A stretch of DNA of 64,000 nt, taken from NCBI GenBank assembly GCA_040767195.1, contig JAXGPA010000002.1, positions 224,001-288,000 of the forward strand, read 5' to 3'. Shown in pieces: positions 1-9,606 of this stretch. The position numbers were made by a program, and so were the translations under genes. Under the pieces are notes generated by a model that was not told the DNA's origin, ran no database searches, and worked only from the letters and a program-made list of their open reading frames with translations. Numbering within the stretch: position 1 is the first letter of the stretch; each line of letters opens with the position of its first letter. This DNA comes from Syntrophales bacterium (GTDB taxonomy: Bacteria; Desulfobacterota; Syntrophia; Syntrophales; UBA6807).

Positions 1-53
1 TTTCAGGAAGGGAGGGGCTTTCCGGGGAAAGGTAAGAAGATCCCCGGTGCCGG

Positions 54-82
54 CGGGCGGCTCCCGGAACGGGAGCCGCCCG
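54..82 (-). terminator. GC-rich hairpin downstream of the SSS symporter (possible terminator)
   Basis: Perfect 13-bp stem CGGGCGGCTCCCG-gaa-CGGGAGCCGCCCG just past the stop at 96; no clear U-tract. Confidence 0.45.
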
Positions 83-95
83 TGAGAAACGCCCG

Positions 96-1625
96 TTAAG
101 ACCCGAAGATACGGTTCAGGTGGGCTTCTTCGGGCCGCTTCCCCTGGGTCGCGGCGCTGATGACGAAGTAGACCAGGAGCGAGATGACGAACGCCGGGAT
201 GATCTCGTGGACGTCCTTGAGGCCGGGGTAGTTGAAACGGAATCCGAAACGGTAGATGAGACAGGTGGCGATCCCGATGATCATGGACCAGAAGGCCCCG
301 TGGCCCGTTCCCCAGCGAAGATACAGGCCGCCGAAGATGGCGGGGAAGAAGCTCGCCGCGAAGACGGCGCCGGAGAAGGCCGTGAGTTCAACGATGCCCA
401 TGGGGGGGTAGACGGTGAGAACGAAAACGATGAAGCAGTATAACAGGATGGTCACCTTCGTCCGGTTGACGACCTGGGCCGGCGCCATGGGCCGGTACAG
501 GTTCCAGATGTCCCCGATGAAGGCCGTTCCAACGATGAGCATGACCGACGCGAGAGACGACATCCCCGCGGCGAAGAGCCCCGCCAGGCAGATTCCGCTG
601 ATCCAGGGGCTGTTGAACTTGGCGAGCATGAACCCGATGACCTCGTCGGTGTGCTTCACCAGGTAGGCCGCCTCCTGCTCCGTAGCCATGCCGTGGACGA
701 GCGCTCCCAGGCCCATGACACAGATGAGCGAGACCCCGAGGAAGATGGGCGTCCAGATCATGGCGAACCGCATGCTTTTCGCGTTATCGATGGAGTAGAA
801 CCGGATGAGGCACCGGGGTTCGGCGATCTGCTTCATTCCCACGGAAAGGCCGATCCCGAGGATGTACAGGAAGGACACCAGGGAACAGAAGGTGACGAGA
901 CCGTCCCCCATGGGTTTCCCCGCGCGGGTCACGTGGGTCGTGTAGGACACGGCGTTCATGAGGGTGTCCCAGCCTCCCACGTAGATGGCCGGCAGAACGA
1001 CCATGATGATGGCAACGAAAAACATCATGAGACCCTGGACGGCATCGGTCCAGAGAACGCTGTACATCCCTCCCCAGACGGTGTAGGCCGCCGTGATGAA
1101 AATAATGAGGAAGGCCCCCCAGGCGTAGGGAAGGCCCAGGACGGAATCGAGAAGATGGGCGCAGCCCTTGGCGATCCCCACCATGTACCACAGGGTGGCG
1201 AAGATGATGATGAAGGCGGCGAATGCCCTCATGACCCGGGACAGGGAACTCTTGTACCGGTAGTCGAAATAGTCGGGAATGGTCACCGAGTTCAGGCTGG
1301 CCGTCTGCTTCCGCATCCGGGGTCCCAGGAGGAGCCAGGATATCATGCAGAAAACGGTCCAGAAAACCCCCACCCAGGCCCAGCAGAGGCCTGTCTGAAA
1401 GGCTTTTCCCGCCTGACCGATATAGGTGTTCGTGCTGATGAACGTGGAAAAGAAGGCCAGGGAAACGACCCAGCCGGGGATTTCCCTCTTGGCGATGTAG
1501 TAGGCTGAAACGCCTTCCGATGCCTTTTTCTTGAACCACCAGCCGATGCCCAGGCAGGCCGCCACGTACACCACGATCAGAAATAAAATGACACTGTTCT
1601 GCGCCAGGTATTCCATCGTAAACAT
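96..1625 (-). CDS. Sodium:solute symporter (SSS family, PutP/PanF-like)
   Basis: 509 aa, about 13 hydrophobic segments; SSS motifs 'YTVWGGMYSVLWTDAVQG', 'TIPDYFDYRY', 'AAGMSSLAS'. Confidence 0.9.
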   Translation of the reverse strand: MFTMEYLAQNSVILFLIVVYVAACLGIGWWFKKKASEGVSAYYIAKREIPGWVVSLAFFSTFISTNTYIGQAGKAFQTGLCWAWVGVFWTVFCMISWLLLGPRMRKQTASLNSVTIPDYFDYRYKSSLSRVMRAFAAFIIIFATLWYMVGIAKGCAHLLDSVLGLPYAWGAFLIIFITAAYTVWGGMYSVLWTDAVQGLMMFFVAIIMVVLPAIYVGGWDTLMNAVSYTTHVTRAGKPMGDGLVTFCSLVSFLYILGIGLSVGMKQIAEPRCLIRFYSIDNAKSMRFAMIWTPIFLGVSLICVMGLGALVHGMATEQEAAYLVKHTDEVIGFMLAKFNSPWISGICLAGLFAAGMSSLASVMLIVGTAFIGDIWNLYRPMAPAQVVNRTKVTILLYCFIVFVLTVYPPMGIVELTAFSGAVFAASFFPAIFGGLYLRWGTGHGAFWSMIIGIATCLIYRFGFRFNYPGLKDVHEIIPAFVISLLVYFVISAATQGKRPEEAHLNRIFGS

Positions 1626-1717
1626 CCTCCCCGTTCCGATTTTGTTGAGGGTCCTTCAGGACAGGCTTCCCGAAGAAAAAAGTCGGCCTTTCACCGTTTC
1701 ATCGAACATGACCGGCC

Positions 1718-1861
1718 CTAAATGCCGGGCTGACACTTCGATGGATCCTTCTCGTGACCGGCCTCTTCCCCAACATCGACCTTCATCTTCATCACGACGA
1801 AGGCGTTCACGATGACGAGAACGGCGATTCCCCAGTAAGCGGCACCCGTTAAAAAATCCAT
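1718..1861 (-). CDS. 47-aa single-TM small protein, probable symporter accessory subunit
   Basis: Hand-translated MDFLTGAAYWGIAVLVIVNAFVVMKMKVDVGEEAGHEKDPSKCQPGI*; GAGG RBS; co-oriented directly upstream of the SSS gene; below the ORF-track size cutoff. Confidence 0.7.
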   Translation of the reverse strand: MDFLTGAAYWGIAVLVIVNAFVVMKMKVDVGEEAGHEKDPSKCQPGI

Positions 1862-1936
1862 GCGACACCTCTCTTCTCTCTTATGATCATCGGCCCTGTC
1901 GGTTCCCGGAATAAATTTCCGGGGAACCCGGCCGCT

Positions 1937-3169
1937 TTAACGCTTCCCTGGATCCCGGGGGCTTCCGATGACCCGCCCCCGAATGAGTTCCTCGATCTTT
2001 TCCACTGAAAAACCGAGAAGATCCCGAAGAATTTCCTCCGAATGCTCTCCCAGGGCCGGAGCCGGGGCATAGACTTCCCCGGGGGTTTCGGACAGATGAA
2101 TGGGCGAACCGGCTATCCTGACGGGACCCACCCCGGGCTGGTGGACCTGGACAAGCATGTTGCGATGATGGATGTGGGGATCCTCGGAGATTTCCTTCAT
2201 GTTGTTGATGGGTGACCACGGAAGTCCCGCCTCGTCAAAGAGGGCTCCCCACGCGGCGGTGGTTCTCGTCTTCAGGACCTCCGCCAGGATCGCCTCCAGC
2301 TCCCCGCGGTGCATCGTTCTTTTCAGGTTCGTCTCGAAACGGAGGTCCTCGAGGAGGTCGTCCCGCCCGATAACCCTGCAGAATGTCCTCCAGAGGCCGT
2401 CGTTGCCGATGGGGATGATGATCCATGAATCCCGGGTCTGAAATCCCTGGAACGGCGTGATGGAGGGATGGACGCTCCCCAGGGGGCCGGGGATCTCGCC
2501 GGTGATGGTGTAGCGGACGACGGCGTTCTCGAGGACGGCGAAAAGACCGTCCACCATGGCCCCGTCGTAATGCTGTCCCCTGCCTGTTTTATCACGATGA
2601 ATGAGGGCCGACAGAATCCCGATGACGGCCTGGTGGCCGGCGATGATGTCCCCCACGGAAGACCCCACCCGGCAGGGCGGCCCGCCTTCGGGACCGGTGA
2701 TGCTCATGAGGCCGCTGTAAGCCTGGGCCACCATGTCATAGGCCGGTCTCTCGTCGTAACCGGGAAGGGTGTTCTGGCCGAAACCGCTGATGGAAGCGTA
2801 AATGAGACGGGGATTGATTTTCTGAAGCTCATCCCAGCCGAACCCCAGCTTTTTCATCGTCGTCGGCCGGAAATTTTCCACCAGCACATCGGAAAGCTCG
2901 ATGAGGCGGTGGAGGATTCCCCGGCCCGCCGCCTGCTTCAGGTCCAGGACCAGGCTTTTCTTGTTCCGGTTGAGACTGATGAAATATCCGCTTCGGTTTT
3001 TGTCGTACTCGCCGAGATACGGCCCGAATTCCCGGGCGTCGTCGCCGTGGGGCGGTTCCACGTGGATAACCTCGGCGCCCAGGTCGGCGAGGAAAAGCGT
3101 GCAGGTGGGAGCGGCCAGGACATGACTCAAGTCGACGACGCGAATTCCTTCGAGAGCCCTACGTTTCAT
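1937..3169 (-). CDS. Class III CoA-transferase (CaiB/BaiF family)
   Basis: 'LEGIRVVDLSHVLAAP', 'LADLGAEVIHVE', 'NRNKKS', 'ENFRP', 'AYDMVAQAYSGLM'; start placed at ATG 3169 after AAGGAG. Confidence 0.92.
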   Translation of the reverse strand: MKRRALEGIRVVDLSHVLAAPTCTLFLADLGAEVIHVEPPHGDDAREFGPYLGEYDKNRSGYFISLNRNKKSLVLDLKQAAGRGILHRLIELSDVLVENFRPTTMKKLGFGWDELQKINPRLIYASISGFGQNTLPGYDERPAYDMVAQAYSGLMSITGPEGGPPCRVGSSVGDIIAGHQAVIGILSALIHRDKTGRGQHYDGAMVDGLFAVLENAVVRYTITGEIPGPLGSVHPSITPFQGFQTRDSWIIIPIGNDGLWRTFCRVIGRDDLLEDLRFETNLKRTMHRGELEAILAEVLKTRTTAAWGALFDEAGLPWSPINNMKEISEDPHIHHRNMLVQVHQPGVGPVRIAGSPIHLSETPGEVYAPAPALGEHSEEILRDLLGFSVEKIEELIRGRVIGSPRDPGKR

Positions 3170-3224
3170 TTTTTCTCCTTCCTGTCGAGACAGCCGGCCC
3201 AATGGGGAAAACCTTGGGGAGGAT

Positions 3225-3240
3225 TACAAAATCCATACCA
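3225..3240 (-). promoter_or_regulatory. Putative sigma54 (-24/-12) promoter
   Basis: Minus strand TGGTATGGATTTTGTA vs consensus TGGCACRNNNNTTGCW (GT in place of GC at -12), about 55 bp upstream of the CoA-transferase start. Confidence 0.5.
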
Positions 3241-3337
3241 GGAAACAAAAAAAACAAAAAAAGAGCTCCCGTCAGGCCCGATCAACATCCCCGGACCACG
3301 GCGGTTGAAATCGCCGTGGACAAGCCCTGGAATCAGG

Positions 3338-3389
3338 TCGCACAGTTGCTATCATCTGCGAACGAGTGGCGCAAATATGCACATTTGCG
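3338..3389. promoter_or_regulatory. Two dyad-symmetric sites, candidate activator-binding (UAS) sites
   Basis: TCGCA...TGCGA (about 3338-3361) and CGCAAAT-atgcac-ATTTGCG (3370-3389), 100-150 bp upstream of the sigma54-like motif. Confidence 0.4.
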
Positions 3390-3488
3390 GACCTCGGACG
3401 GCCCCGTCCCCTCCCCCGGCGGTCCCCCGTCCCTGCCCCGCTTCGGATCACCGCCCGCGGGGGACGGGCACGCCCGCACCATTTCCGA

Positions 3489-3647
3489 TCAATAGGTGGC
3501 CTGCCCCTCCTGGTAGAGCTTGCGGAGGAGTTCCGGGTCCACCGTGTCCCGGTCCACGAAATGGTTGGGTTCGGCCCCGCAGTATGGACAGGGGGCGTCA
3601 GCCACCTCGATGGCTTCCCCGCAGATGCCGCAGACAATTTCCTTCAT
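3489..3647 (-). CDS. 52-aa rubredoxin-like/zinc-ribbon protein
   Basis: Hand-translated MKEIVCGICGEAIEVADAPCPYCGAEPNHFVDRDTVDPELLRKLYQEGQATY*; CxxCG...CPxCG; strong AAAGGAG RBS; absent from the ORF track. Confidence 0.8.
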   Translation of the reverse strand: MKEIVCGICGEAIEVADAPCPYCGAEPNHFVDRDTVDPELLRKLYQEGQATY

Positions 3648-3925
3648 ACGCTGGTTTCTCCTTTCTTTTTTTGCCTTTTAAAAATACCACAGGGGTACCT
3701 TCTGAAAAAAGTTTTTCTTTTTTCGACAAAAACTCCTCAAAATCGTTCATTTTATCTTGACGATCCTTTTTCGTGATGTTATGGAAAATTCAATGTCGCC
3801 AAGCCAGCCCACAACTTTACCGATGCATGACCTTTATCATATGGACAGTGTTTTCGAACCCTTGATGGTTTCACCTCCGTTCACGACGGCCGGGGGAAAG
3901 AAATATATTGGGAAAGGAGATGATC

Positions 3926-4282
3926 ATGGCAAAGGTAAAGAAGGGTGAATTGCTTAGCTGCCAGGAATGCGGTCTCATTCTCGTAGTGGACGAGGCCTGC
4001 GGATGCGCTGTCGGGGAAATCATCTGCTGTGAGGTTCCCATGAAAAAGGGAAAGCTCGCGGCCGGGAAGGCGAGGAAGAAACTTCAGGCCCAGCCGGCGG
4101 CCAAACCGGCGGTGGCAGCCCCCAAGAAGGAAAAGGCCGTGAAAGCGGCGGCGGCAAAGCCCGCGGCAAAGGCGGCGGCGAAGGCGGTCCCGAAAAAAGC
4201 CGCCAAACCGGCGGCGAAACCGGCGGCCAAGAAAGCAGCCAAACCGGCGGCCAAGAAGGCCCCGGCAAAAGCGAAAAAATAA
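3926..4282 (+). CDS. Desulforedoxin-like Cys domain fused to a histone H1-like Lys/Ala/Pro tail
   Basis: N-terminal 'GELLSCQECGLILVVDEACGCAVGEIICCEVPM' then repeated KPAAK/KKAAK; AAGGAG RBS before ATG 3926. Confidence 0.75.
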   Translation: MAKVKKGELLSCQECGLILVVDEACGCAVGEIICCEVPMKKGKLAAGKARKKLQAQPAAKPAVAAPKKEKAVKAAAAKPAAKAAAKAVPKKAAKPAAKPAAKKAAKPAAKKAPAKAKK

Positions 4283-4303
4283 GCCCCGTTTTCCGATTCG
4301 ATC

Positions 4304-4341
4304 ATAAAACCCCGCTCCTTCACAGGTTGACGGGGTTTTAT
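4304..4341. terminator. Bidirectional intrinsic terminator
   Basis: ATAAAACCCCG-N16-CGGGGTTTTAT between convergent genes, with T-tracts on both strands. Confidence 0.6.
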
Positions 4342-7300
4342 TCGTTTTCGCCACCGGTTTTACGACGGCGGTTTCGAAAAAGGCCCTTCACGGTTCTGGC
4401 AAGAATCCCCGCTTTTTCCGGAGCCGGCCGGGGAAACCCGTTTTTCCCCGTTCTTTCGTCCACAAGGGAGAGAAGAACGGGAACCACGTTCAGCGTCAGG
4501 ACCGTGGCGAAGGCCAGTCCGAAAATGACGGCCACCGCCATGGGGCCCCACCACTGGGAAGACTCACCGCCGACGCACAGGCACAGATTCCTGAAATCGA
4601 TACTCACCCCTGTCGCCATGGGCATGAGGCCGAGAATGGTCGTAATGGCCGTGAGCATGACCGGGCGAAAACGGGTCAGGCCCGCCTGAACCAGGGCCTC
4701 GCGGGGCCCCAGGTCCCCATCCCGGAGCCGGCGGTAGTAGTCGATGAGAACAATGCTGTTGTTCACCACGACCCCGGCAAGGCTGATGACCCCGACACCG
4801 GTCATGATGATGCCGAAGGCCGTTCCCGTAATGAGAAGGCCGGCGAAAACCCCGATGAGGGAAAGAAACACCGTCGCCAGGATGATGAAGGGCATGGCAA
4901 AAGAATCGAACTGGAGAAGGAGGACCAGGAAAATGAGCATGAGAGCGGCCGCAAAGGCTTTGGTGAGGAAGGCCGCGGCCTTTTCCTGTTCCCGTTGCTC
5001 CCCGGTGAACCGATAGGTGTAATTCCGAGGCCACTCGACTTCCTGAAGCCGCATTTCGATGTCACCGATGACGTCGTTGGCCAGGCGGCCCGCGGTGTTG
5101 CCTGAAATCGTCACGACCCGCTTCTGGTCGAGGCGCATGATGGCCCCGACGCCGCTGGACAGCCTCACGTCGGCCACCGTGGTCAGGGGAACGGCTTCCC
5201 CCCCGGGGCCGGAGATGGTGAGACGGCGGATGCTCTCGACGCTTCGCCGGTCTTTTTCCGGCAGACGGGCGATGATGTCGTATTCCTCCTTTCCCTCACG
5301 GAAGACGCCGACCTTGACCCCGTTGATGGCCGCCTTCACCGTGTAGGCGATGGTAAAGGCGTCGAGGCCCAGCAGGGCGGCCTTTTCCTTGTCGATCTCC
5401 ACGACGATTTCCGGCTTCCCCCCGATAAAATTGTCCTTCAGGTCAACAAGGCCGGAAACATCCCCTATCATGCCCCGGATCCGGGCAGCCAGGTCCCCCA
5501 GCCGGAAAATGTCATCCCCGGAGATTTCCAGGTTCACCGGCGGACCCGTCGGGGGACCTTCCTCTTCCTGTTCCACCTGGACCTCGGCGCCCTGAATCTT
5601 TTCGAGCAGGCGCCGGCGGATCTCGGTCACGATGCCCGAAGACGGCCGGGAGCGGTCGGCCAGGTCCTTGAAATCCAGGGCCACCCGGTTGATGTGCGTC
5701 CCCGTCCCGCCTTGGGAAAAAGGGTCCCCGCCCACGGAGCCGATGTTGGCTATGACATGGGAGATGTCGGGATAATCCATGACCACTTCCTCCACCTGGC
5801 GGACAAGGGCGTCGGAAGCATCGAGGTTGGTCCCCTCGGGGGCCTTGAGAAACACGTAGGCCCGCCTGGGCTCCGTCTCGGGAAAGAATTCGACGCCTTT
5901 GCCAAAGAGAAGGAAGGCGCCGGCGGACCCGGCCAGGAGGATCACTGCCGACAGCACGACGAGGAACCTGTGATCCAGGGACCAGAGGAGAAAACCCCGG
6001 TAGGCCCTCTTGACCGGCGGCAGGCCCCTTGCCTCCCCGGCGTGCAGGGGTTTCGCCGACTGGTACCGGGCGGAGAGGACGGGATTGATCACCAGGGCCA
6101 CGAAAAGGGACGAGCTGAGGGCCAGGATCAGGGTCTCGGGGAGGTATTTCATGAACTCCCCCATGATGCCCGGCCAGAACAGCATGGGGACGAAGGCGCC
6201 CAGGGTCGTCACGGTGGACGTGATGACCGGCCAGGCCACCTCGTTGGTCGCCTCGAGCGCCGCCCGCACCCGCGGCTTTCCTTCCTGCATCTGGCGGTAG
6301 ATGTTTTCGACGATGACGATGGCGTTGTCCACGAGCATCCCCAGGGCCAGGATGAGAGAGAAGAGAACCACCATGTTCAGGGTGATTCCCCCGGCGGCGA
6401 GAAAGAAGAACGTGAGGAGCATGGAGTAGGGGATGGCAAGGGACACGAAGACGGCCGACCGGCCGCCGATAAAGAAAAAGATCACCGCCAGGACGAGGAT
6501 GAGGCCCGACAGGATATTGTTTTCCAGGTCCGAGACCATGAGGTTCACGTCCCTAGACATGTCCGAGGTCAGGTCGATCTGAACCGTCGGGGGAAGAAGG
6601 GGCGCCATGGCCGAAACGGCGGACTTCACGCCTTCCGCCACGGCGAGGATGTTTTCCCCGCTTCTTTTCTGCACCGCCAGGGTGACGCTGGGCCTCCCGT
6701 TGATCCGGCTCCGGGTGATGGGGTCCTTGTAATGGTCACGGATCTCGGCAAGATCGCGGAGATAGACGGGTTTGCCGTCCCGGACGAAAGCGACGAGAGA
6801 AAAAATTTCCCCGGGGTGCTTGAAATCCTCCGGGACCCGGACGAGATACTTGGTGGGGCCGATATCCACGCTTCCGCTGGGCATGTTCACATTGCCCCGT
6901 TCCACGGCGCTGATGAGGGTTGAGAACGGGACGCTGTACGCCGCCACCCGGTCGAGGTCGAACTCCACGTGTATCTCCCGCTCCAGGCCGCCCGTGATGA
7001 CCGTGTTGAGAACGCCCGGGACACCGTCGATGCGCTCCTTGAGATCGTCGGCGAAGGCCTTGAGGCGGCGAAGGCTGAAAGGGCCCGACAGGACGACCCG
7101 GATGACGGGGATGTCGGAAAAATTCACTTCCCTTATAACGGGATCGTCGGGAAGCTCCGACGGAAGGTCCCCCAGGGCCTGGTCCACCTTGTCGCGGACT
7201 TTCTGCAGCGCGTCGTCCAGGTCCACCCGGGGCAGGAACTTGATGGCGATGGTGGAGAGGCCCTCCTCGGAGGTGGAACGGATTTCCTCCACGTCCGACA

Positions 7301-7520
7301 GGCCCTTGAGTTTTCGTTCCAGGGGCATGGTGACGAGCTTTTCCATGTCCGCAGGGGCCACGCCCTCGTATTCGGTGGTCACGAAAACATAGGGTATCGT
7401 GATGTCGGGGAAGGATTCCCGGGGAAGCGTCGCGTAAGCGTAGAGACCGGCAATGACGAGGATCACAAGGAGAGCCAGGACCGCCGACTGCCGCTTCAGG
7501 GCCGATTCGTTTACGATCAT
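4338..7520 (-). CDS. RND efflux permease (AcrB/AcrD/AcrF family)
   Basis: 1060 aa; 'LPRESFPDI', 'GMLVDNAIVIVEN', 'RFRPVMLTAITTILGLMPM'. Confidence 0.95.
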   Translation of the reverse strand: MIVNESALKRQSAVLALLVILVIAGLYAYATLPRESFPDITIPYVFVTTEYEGVAPADMEKLVTMPLERKLKGLSDVEEIRSTSEEGLSTIAIKFLPRVDLDDALQKVRDKVDQALGDLPSELPDDPVIREVNFSDIPVIRVVLSGPFSLRRLKAFADDLKERIDGVPGVLNTVITGGLEREIHVEFDLDRVAAYSVPFSTLISAVERGNVNMPSGSVDIGPTKYLVRVPEDFKHPGEIFSLVAFVRDGKPVYLRDLAEIRDHYKDPITRSRINGRPSVTLAVQKRSGENILAVAEGVKSAVSAMAPLLPPTVQIDLTSDMSRDVNLMVSDLENNILSGLILVLAVIFFFIGGRSAVFVSLAIPYSMLLTFFFLAAGGITLNMVVLFSLILALGMLVDNAIVIVENIYRQMQEGKPRVRAALEATNEVAWPVITSTVTTLGAFVPMLFWPGIMGEFMKYLPETLILALSSSLFVALVINPVLSARYQSAKPLHAGEARGLPPVKRAYRGFLLWSLDHRFLVVLSAVILLAGSAGAFLLFGKGVEFFPETEPRRAYVFLKAPEGTNLDASDALVRQVEEVVMDYPDISHVIANIGSVGGDPFSQGGTGTHINRVALDFKDLADRSRPSSGIVTEIRRRLLEKIQGAEVQVEQEEEGPPTGPPVNLEISGDDIFRLGDLAARIRGMIGDVSGLVDLKDNFIGGKPEIVVEIDKEKAALLGLDAFTIAYTVKAAINGVKVGVFREGKEEYDIIARLPEKDRRSVESIRRLTISGPGGEAVPLTTVADVRLSSGVGAIMRLDQKRVVTISGNTAGRLANDVIGDIEMRLQEVEWPRNYTYRFTGEQREQEKAAAFLTKAFAAALMLIFLVLLLQFDSFAMPFIILATVFLSLIGVFAGLLITGTAFGIIMTGVGVISLAGVVVNNSIVLIDYYRRLRDGDLGPREALVQAGLTRFRPVMLTAITTILGLMPMATGVSIDFRNLCLCVGGESSQWWGPMAVAVIFGLAFATVLTLNVVPVLLSLVDERTGKNGFPRPAPEKAGILARTVKGLFRNRRRKTGGENE

Positions 7521-8614
7521 TTGACAACCACGGGAATTCCGTCTTCCACGCTGTTCTGACCGGTCACGATGAGCCGGTCGCCGGGAAAGAGTCCACCGGT
7601 GATCTGAACCCTGTCCCTCCGGATGACGCCGATTTCGACGGTCCGGGCTTCGGCGGCGCCGTTCTTCTCGACGAAGACAAGCCGCTCTCCGCCCTTGTCC
7701 ACGACAGCCGCCAGGGGAACGACCAGGGCGCCGGGGATCACGCGGCGGAGGAAGGCCACCCGGACGATCATGCCCGGCCGGATGTCCCGTCCCTGGTTGA
7801 ACAGGACCACCCGGACGGGAAACGTGCGGGTCACGGCGTCCGCCTTGAAGGAGACGAACTCGACGGTGCCGACGAGGCTCCTGTCCGGCAGGGCGTCGAC
7901 GGTGACGAAGGCCTCCTGGCCTACCTTGAGAAAGGAGATATCCCTTTCGGGAACGCTCACGGTGATCTTGATCTTCACCACGTTGACCACGTCGGCCACG
8001 GGGTTCCCCCGGTCCACGTATTCCCCTTCATCGACATAGAGACGGTTGACAAGACCGTTGATGGGGGAACGGATGAACCCCCTTTCGTATTCCACCCGGG
8101 ACTGGCGGAGGAAGCTCAGGGCCTGGGCCCGTTCCGTCATGGACTGGTCCAGCTCTTCCCGGGCCGTCACCCCCCGTTCGAAAAGGCCTTTCCGCCGCTC
8201 GTAGCGGCGGTCGGCGAGGCGGAAGGACGCCTCGGCGCTTTCCAGGGCCGCCTTCAGGGCCGACACGTCGATCTTGGCCAGGAGGTCCCCCGCCTGGACC
8301 TCGTCCCCCTCCTCCGGCCCGATCCACTCGACCAGGCCGTTCAGGTCCGCGGCGAGCCGGACGTCCTGATAGGCCTCCGTCTCGCCGGGAAGGACGAACA
8401 CGTCCTCGAGGGTTTCGGGCTCCACCGTCCGGACGGTGACGGCGACGGCCCCAACCGCTTTCTCCGGAACCTGGGAGCGGGCCGATTCCCCCTCGCAGGC
8501 GCCGGCGAGAAAGGCGAGAAGGGCGGCGAGGAGAAAAAACGGCGGCAGGTGAAATCTCTTTATGCCCGGAGCCACGACTCCCTGAATCAAAAGGCACCTC
8601 CTATGATCCGACAT
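7517..8614 (-). CDS. RND periplasmic adaptor (membrane fusion protein)
   Basis: Possible lipobox LAGAC, lipoyl half-motifs, coiled hairpin, 'TRTFPVRV', 'PGMIV'; overlaps the permease start. Confidence 0.9.
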   Translation of the reverse strand: MSDHRRCLLIQGVVAPGIKRFHLPPFFLLAALLAFLAGACEGESARSQVPEKAVGAVAVTVRTVEPETLEDVFVLPGETEAYQDVRLAADLNGLVEWIGPEEGDEVQAGDLLAKIDVSALKAALESAEASFRLADRRYERRKGLFERGVTAREELDQSMTERAQALSFLRQSRVEYERGFIRSPINGLVNRLYVDEGEYVDRGNPVADVVNVVKIKITVSVPERDISFLKVGQEAFVTVDALPDRSLVGTVEFVSFKADAVTRTFPVRVVLFNQGRDIRPGMIVRVAFLRRVIPGALVVPLAAVVDKGGERLVFVEKNGAAEARTVEIGVIRRDRVQITGGLFPGDRLIVTGQNSVEDGIPVVVK

Positions 8615-9404
8615 CGGACAGGGACGAAAAGAGAAAACCCGAAGACGGGGAAAAAGGTTTCAGGGTCTCCCCCTCGTAAAGGACCTGGTGAAGAAAAAGC
8701 CCGGACGGGGGCGCCGTGTAGTTCGCCGGCTCGTCGCTTCGGGCCGTCATGAACCGCTCCATGTCCTCCCCTTTCAGGGTGCCCCGGCCCGCTTCCACGA
8801 GAACCCCGACCATCCGCCGAACCATCTTCCAGAGGAAATGGGAGCCGGTGAAACGGAAAAAAACGAGGCCGGCGGCTGTCCTCATTTCCGCCTCCGTGAG
8901 GTCCACCAGGGTGGACCGCCCTTTCTCGAGACGGCGGTCACAGAAAGACGCGAAATCGTGGAAGCCCTTGAAAAGCTTTAGAGACGCCTCCATGGCAACC
9001 GGATCCAGGGGGTCCCGGACCCACCAGACGAATCGCTTCCCGAAAGCGGTGCGGCTCCTCGAAAGGACGTAGACGTAACTCCTGGCCACGGCGTGGTGGC
9101 GGGCGTGAAACCGGGGGGAAACCTTTTCGGCGGAAAGAACATTGATATTCGACGGCAGGGCGTCGTTCAAACGCTCCCGAAGGCTTTTTGCCTCCCAGGG
9201 CCTTTCCGTCACCAGGTGCGCCGCCTGGCCGAGGGCGTGAACCCCCGCGTCGGTGCGGCCCGATCCCTGGAAATCGCTCACGGGACCCAGCGTTTTCTCG
9301 GCTACCTGGAGAATCGTCCCCTGGATGCTTCTCGCGTTTTGCTGGGCCTGCCATCCCCGGTAGCCCGTCCCGTCGTATTCGATGATGAGCTTGTATTTGA
9401 ACAC
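8601..9404 (-). CDS. truA: tRNA pseudouridine(38-40) synthase
   Basis: 'IEYDGTGYRGWQ', 'GRTDAGVHALGQ', 'FHAR', 'FLWKMVRRMVG', 'TAPPSGLFL'. Confidence 0.95.
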   Translation of the reverse strand: MFKYKLIIEYDGTGYRGWQAQQNARSIQGTILQVAEKTLGPVSDFQGSGRTDAGVHALGQAAHLVTERPWEAKSLRERLNDALPSNINVLSAEKVSPRFHARHHAVARSYVYVLSRSRTAFGKRFVWWVRDPLDPVAMEASLKLFKGFHDFASFCDRRLEKGRSTLVDLTEAEMRTAAGLVFFRFTGSHFLWKMVRRMVGVLVEAGRGTLKGEDMERFMTARSDEPANYTAPPSGLFLHQVLYEGETLKPFSPSSGFLFSSLSDVGS

Positions 9405-9606
9405 GGTTCCCGATCCTAAGATTCTTTCACCACAGGAAAAGGGGGCCTCGAGGAGAAAACACCCGCCGGCGGACCCTTAAGTATTCTATTATACCCAAGT
9501 CAGTGGAGAATAAAAACTAAAAGGATGGCGAACCCCTTTTCAGCGTGTAGACTTTTTCACGGCGGCAGACGTCTTTGGATTCAAAAAAACACCAGGAGAA
9601 GGAACC

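Noticed and set aside
3272..3637. 121-aa minus-strand ORF from the track
   Set aside because: Low-complexity Arg/Pro-rich translation; the overlapping 52-aa Cys4 ORF in another frame has the RBS and a recognisable motif
4090..4280. Short tandem repeats (GCCAAACCGGCGGC-like) as a possible CRISPR or VNTR
   Set aside because: They encode the KPAAK repeats of the H1-like tail and have no unique spacers
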